From Pseudobdellovibrio sp. HCB154 (GTDB taxonomy: Bacteria; Bdellovibrionota; Bdellovibrionia; Bdellovibrionales; Bdellovibrionaceae), in contig NZ_CP176530.1 of NCBI RefSeq assembly GCF_046267985.1, positions 478,881-502,880 of the forward strand: a stretch of DNA of 24,000 bases, in the 5' to 3' direction. Below the pieces are notes generated by a model that was not told the origin of the DNA, made no database searches, and worked only from the letters and a program-made list of their open reading frames with translations. The translations under genes were made by a program, and so were the position numbers. Positions 22,942 to 24,000 of this stretch are shown here, piece by piece. The stretch's first letter is position 1. Each line of letters starts with the position of its first letter.

Positions 22942-24000
22942 TTATTGCACGAAATTAGGGTCAACGAAGATCAGCGGGTGATACCAGGTTTTATTTTGCT
23001 CATGCAGGCCCCAGATATTTTCCATCGCTAAATTCCAATTAGCGATTTTGATTTCTTCAAAATATTTTTTACGATTTAATTCGTAAGCCAGTTTAGTTTT
23101 TTCAGTATTTAAATCAAACTGCGGAGCATGTTTATATTTTAAATAATCAACGAACAGGCTATCGTGACAAGATTTAAGCTGCGAAATCACCACAGGTGGT
23201 TTGCTAATAAGATTTAGACAACCACTGTAAGCCATATCAAGCTTTATTAAATCCATTTTTTCAATCTGTTTGGCTTTTAATTGCTGGTTTAGCCAGTACA
23301 AATAAAGCGGGTGAGTTTCAGCAATTTTTACAGAAAAGAAATCGGCTGCGGGTAAAGTATTTTTTAAATAGTCTTTGGCCAAAGTCATCCCGTTATCGCC
23401 AGGTTGGGTAATACTTGTCACAAACAAACGGCGCGGGCTTGGAATATCTTGTTCGCTATTTGTTTTGTACAGGTTGACCACTTCAAATTTATCAGTGGCT
23501 AAGCTAAAAACTTCAGTTTCTTCTTTGCGATCAATAATCAGTAAAGTTGGTGTGATGACAGCAAAATTTAATTGCAGCGGTTTTTTAATCCAAGTGTTGG
23601 CGGCTTCAACCAAAAGATAACGGGGATTTGTTTTACTGTCTGCCGAAGCTTCGCTGTAAAACGGTGTTAAATTTAACAGCGGAAAACCTTCTAAAGCCGA
23701 CGGTTCGTCAGCGCCAAAAAAGCTTTTTAAGGTATGCCCGATATCCGCTAAAGAGATGGGGGTATCGTTCTTCCAAGAAATACCCTCATCGCCTGACATG
23801 CGAGGCGGCTTAATTAACAGAGAAACTAACGTGTTTTCAGAGTGAAGATTTAAAAAAGGTGTTTCGTTTAAGCGATTATAGTTGTTGCCACCACGAAGAC
23901 CCACCACATACACATAGGTTTTATCCCAGATGCCACGGTGTTTTAATTCGCTGATAAAATTAAAAAGTTTTTCGTCTAATTTTTCGATATTTGTTGTCGA
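22942..24000 (-). CDS. Partial sulfatase/alkaline-phosphatase-fold-like protein (runs off the right edge)
   Basis: The track ORF starts at an internal GTG (23913). The same frame is open to 24000 and adds STTNIEKLDEKLFNFISELKHRGIWDKTYVYVVGLRGG, followed by NTLVSLLIKPPR and ADIGHTLKSFFGA, matching the C-terminal layout of sulfatases. Confidence 0.6.
   Translation of the reverse strand, partial: STTNIEKLDEKLFNFISELKHRGIWDKTYVYVVGLRGGNNYNRLNETPFLNLHSENTLVSLLIKPPRMSGDEGISWKNDTPISLADIGHTLKSFFGADEPSALEGFPLLNLTPFYSEASADSKTNPRYLLVEAANTWIKKPLQLNFAVITPTLLIIDRKEETEVFSLATDKFEVVNLYKTNSEQDIPSPRRLFVTSITQPGDNGMTLAKDYLKNTLPAADFFSVKIAETHPLYLYWLNQQLKAKQIEKMDLIKLDMAYSGCLNLISKPPVVISQLKSCHDSLFVDYLKYKHAPQFDLNTEKTKLAYELNRKKYFEEIKIANWNLAMENIWGLHEQNKTWYHPLIFVDPNFVQ

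Noticed and set aside
22474-23813. ORFs 22474..22686, 22801..23031, 23375..23620 and 23628..23813
   Set aside because: Shadows of the PP2C-like and sulfatase-like genes.
1-24000. tRNA/rRNA genes, prophage, transposase, toxin-antitoxin or restriction/defence modules
   Set aside because: No recognisable cloverleaf sequences, transposase or integrase motifs, target-site duplications or defence gene signatures were found by eye. A tRNAscan-SE/Infernal/DefenseFinder run would be needed to exclude them formally.

Overview
This window looks like chromosomal DNA from a Bdellovibrio-like predatory bacterium. That assignment is inferred from gene content and moderately low GC, not from a database match. 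The coding regions I can support are: a partial S1/P1-nuclease-like protein (-); TrmO/TsaA-type tRNA methyltransferase; a 2OG-Fe(II)/isopenicillin-N-synthase-like dioxygenase; two secreted proteins of unknown function; valS, a rhodanese-like protein and an MFS transporter (minus-strand operon); a secreted beta-rich protein with a Lys-rich tail; DivIVA-like, proC and an in-frame Maf-YggS fusion (minus-strand group); and a tightly packed plus-strand set made of a TadC/GspF-like protein, a DUF192 protein, three membrane FHA proteins and a PP2C-like but apparently active-site-less protein. A partial sulfatase-fold protein lies at the right edge. The best candidates for an under-described system are (a) the TadC, FHA-2TM-HAMP/PAS, FHA-TPR, FHA-FHA-TPR and degenerate-PP2C cluster (16068-22922), (b) the Maf-YggS fusion, and (c) a perfect 12-bp inverted repeat enclosing the start codon of the gene at 5773. 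I saw no CRISPR array, tRNA, rRNA or recognisable transposon. All homology calls come from reading motifs by eye.
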